Source: an archaeon
GTDB lineage: Archaea; Iainarchaeota; Iainarchaeia; Iainarchaeales; CSSED10-239
Assembly (NCBI GenBank): GCA_041657425.1
Contig: JBBABY010000009.1
Location: forward strand, 15,394 to 47,393
Direction of reading: 5' to 3'
Length of the DNA: 32,000 bases
Each line of letters begins with the position of its first letter. Position 1 is the stretch's first letter. Positions 31,625 through 32,000 of this stretch are shown here, one piece after another. Made by a program: the position numbers and the translations under genes. The notes beneath the pieces are model-generated. The model was not told the origin of the DNA, did not search any database, and saw only the letters and a list, made by a program, of their open reading frames with translations.

Positions 31625-32000
31625 ATGCCTAAATGCTCTATTGTTATTCCCACTTTTAACCATTGTGATGATCTTCTCAAACCCTGCCTAGAATCCATCC
31701 GCAAATATACAGACCTTTCCATGGTTGAGGTTATTGTTGTAGCCAATGGCTGCAAAGATAACACACGAGAGTATGTTGAATCTCTGGGCGACCCATTCAA
31801 ACTCCTATGGTTTGATGAAGGTCTAGGTTATACTAAAGCAACCAATGAGGGCATGAAGATAGCAACGGGCGAATATATTATCCCGCTTAATAACGATGTC
31901 CAGATCCTCGACCTAGGTCAAGGTCATAACAAGTGGCTTAATGATCTACTAAAGCCCTTCGAAACAGATGAGTCTATTGGTATCACTGGCCCCATGCTTT
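31625..32000 (+). CDS. glycosyltransferase family 2 (GT-A fold), 5' partial; runs off the window end
   Basis: Not in the supplied ORF track because there is no stop in the window. My own translation from ATG 31625 gives MPKCSIVIPTFNHCDDLLKPCLESIRKYTDLSMVEVIVVANGCKDNTREYVESLGDPFKLLWFDEGLGYTKATNEGMKIATGEYIIPLNNDVQILDLGQGHNKWLNDLLKPFETDESIGITGPML with no stop. It has the canonical GT2 N-terminus (SIVIPTFN ... DNT.EY ... G...A.N.G...A.GEYI..LNND). An in-frame TAG at 31595..31597 limits upstream extension. Confidence 0.85.
   Translation, partial: MPKCSIVIPTFNHCDDLLKPCLESIRKYTDLSMVEVIVVANGCKDNTREYVESLGDPFKLLWFDEGLGYTKATNEGMKIATGEYIIPLNNDVQILDLGQGHNKWLNDLLKPFETDESIGITGPML

Noticed and set aside
1-32000. 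The module could belong to an extracellular contractile injection system (Afp/PVC-like), a T6SS or a tailocin rather than a phage.
   Set aside because: A cell-wall peptidase in the hub, multiple fibre genes with phage-type motifs and the huge receptor fibre all favour a phage or prophage. No AAA+ ATPase, toxin-payload or T6SS membrane-complex genes are present in the window. A tailocin or defective prophage cannot be excluded without the flanks.

Overview
The whole 32 kb is one co-directional (+ strand) block of tightly packed genes, several with overlapping stop and start codons. It reads as the baseplate-to-fibre part of the late structural module of a large contractile-tailed (myovirus-like) phage, prophage or phage-derived particle. 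I see no capsid, terminase, replication, integrase, tRNA, rRNA or CRISPR features.

Recognisable gene order:
- A hub-like giant protein carrying an M15 cell-wall peptidase domain (36..4610; SxHxxGxAxD ... DxxH).
- A gpV-like spike candidate, a gp25/GPW-like wedge protein and a Baseplate-J/gp6-like protein.
- A 1037-aa protein with a Mu gp48/DUF2313-like segment.
- A run of large uncharacterised structural proteins, including three tandem paralogues with discoidin-like (galactose-binding-like) beta-sandwich signatures.
- A 401-aa fibre-like protein and three small ORFs.
- A 2,579-aa fibre (23609..31348). About 57% of it is proline-poor Gly-X-[Ser/Thr] collagen-like repeat, in four blocks separated by globular domains, ending in a LamG/ConA-like lectin domain.

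Codon usage switches abruptly at about 30.1 kb: Lys goes from AAG to AAA, and Leu CTA becomes rare. The fibre tip, a 67-aa hydrophobic protein and a promoter-preceded family-2 glycosyltransferase therefore look like a separately acquired accessory cassette. The glycosyltransferase ORF (31625..>32000) is absent from the supplied ORF track because it runs off the window.

The most interesting hypothesis is a hyper-long, aromatic- and hydroxyl-studded, possibly glycosylated collagen-like host-recognition fibre. All functional calls rest on motif recognition by eye; none has been verified by a database search.
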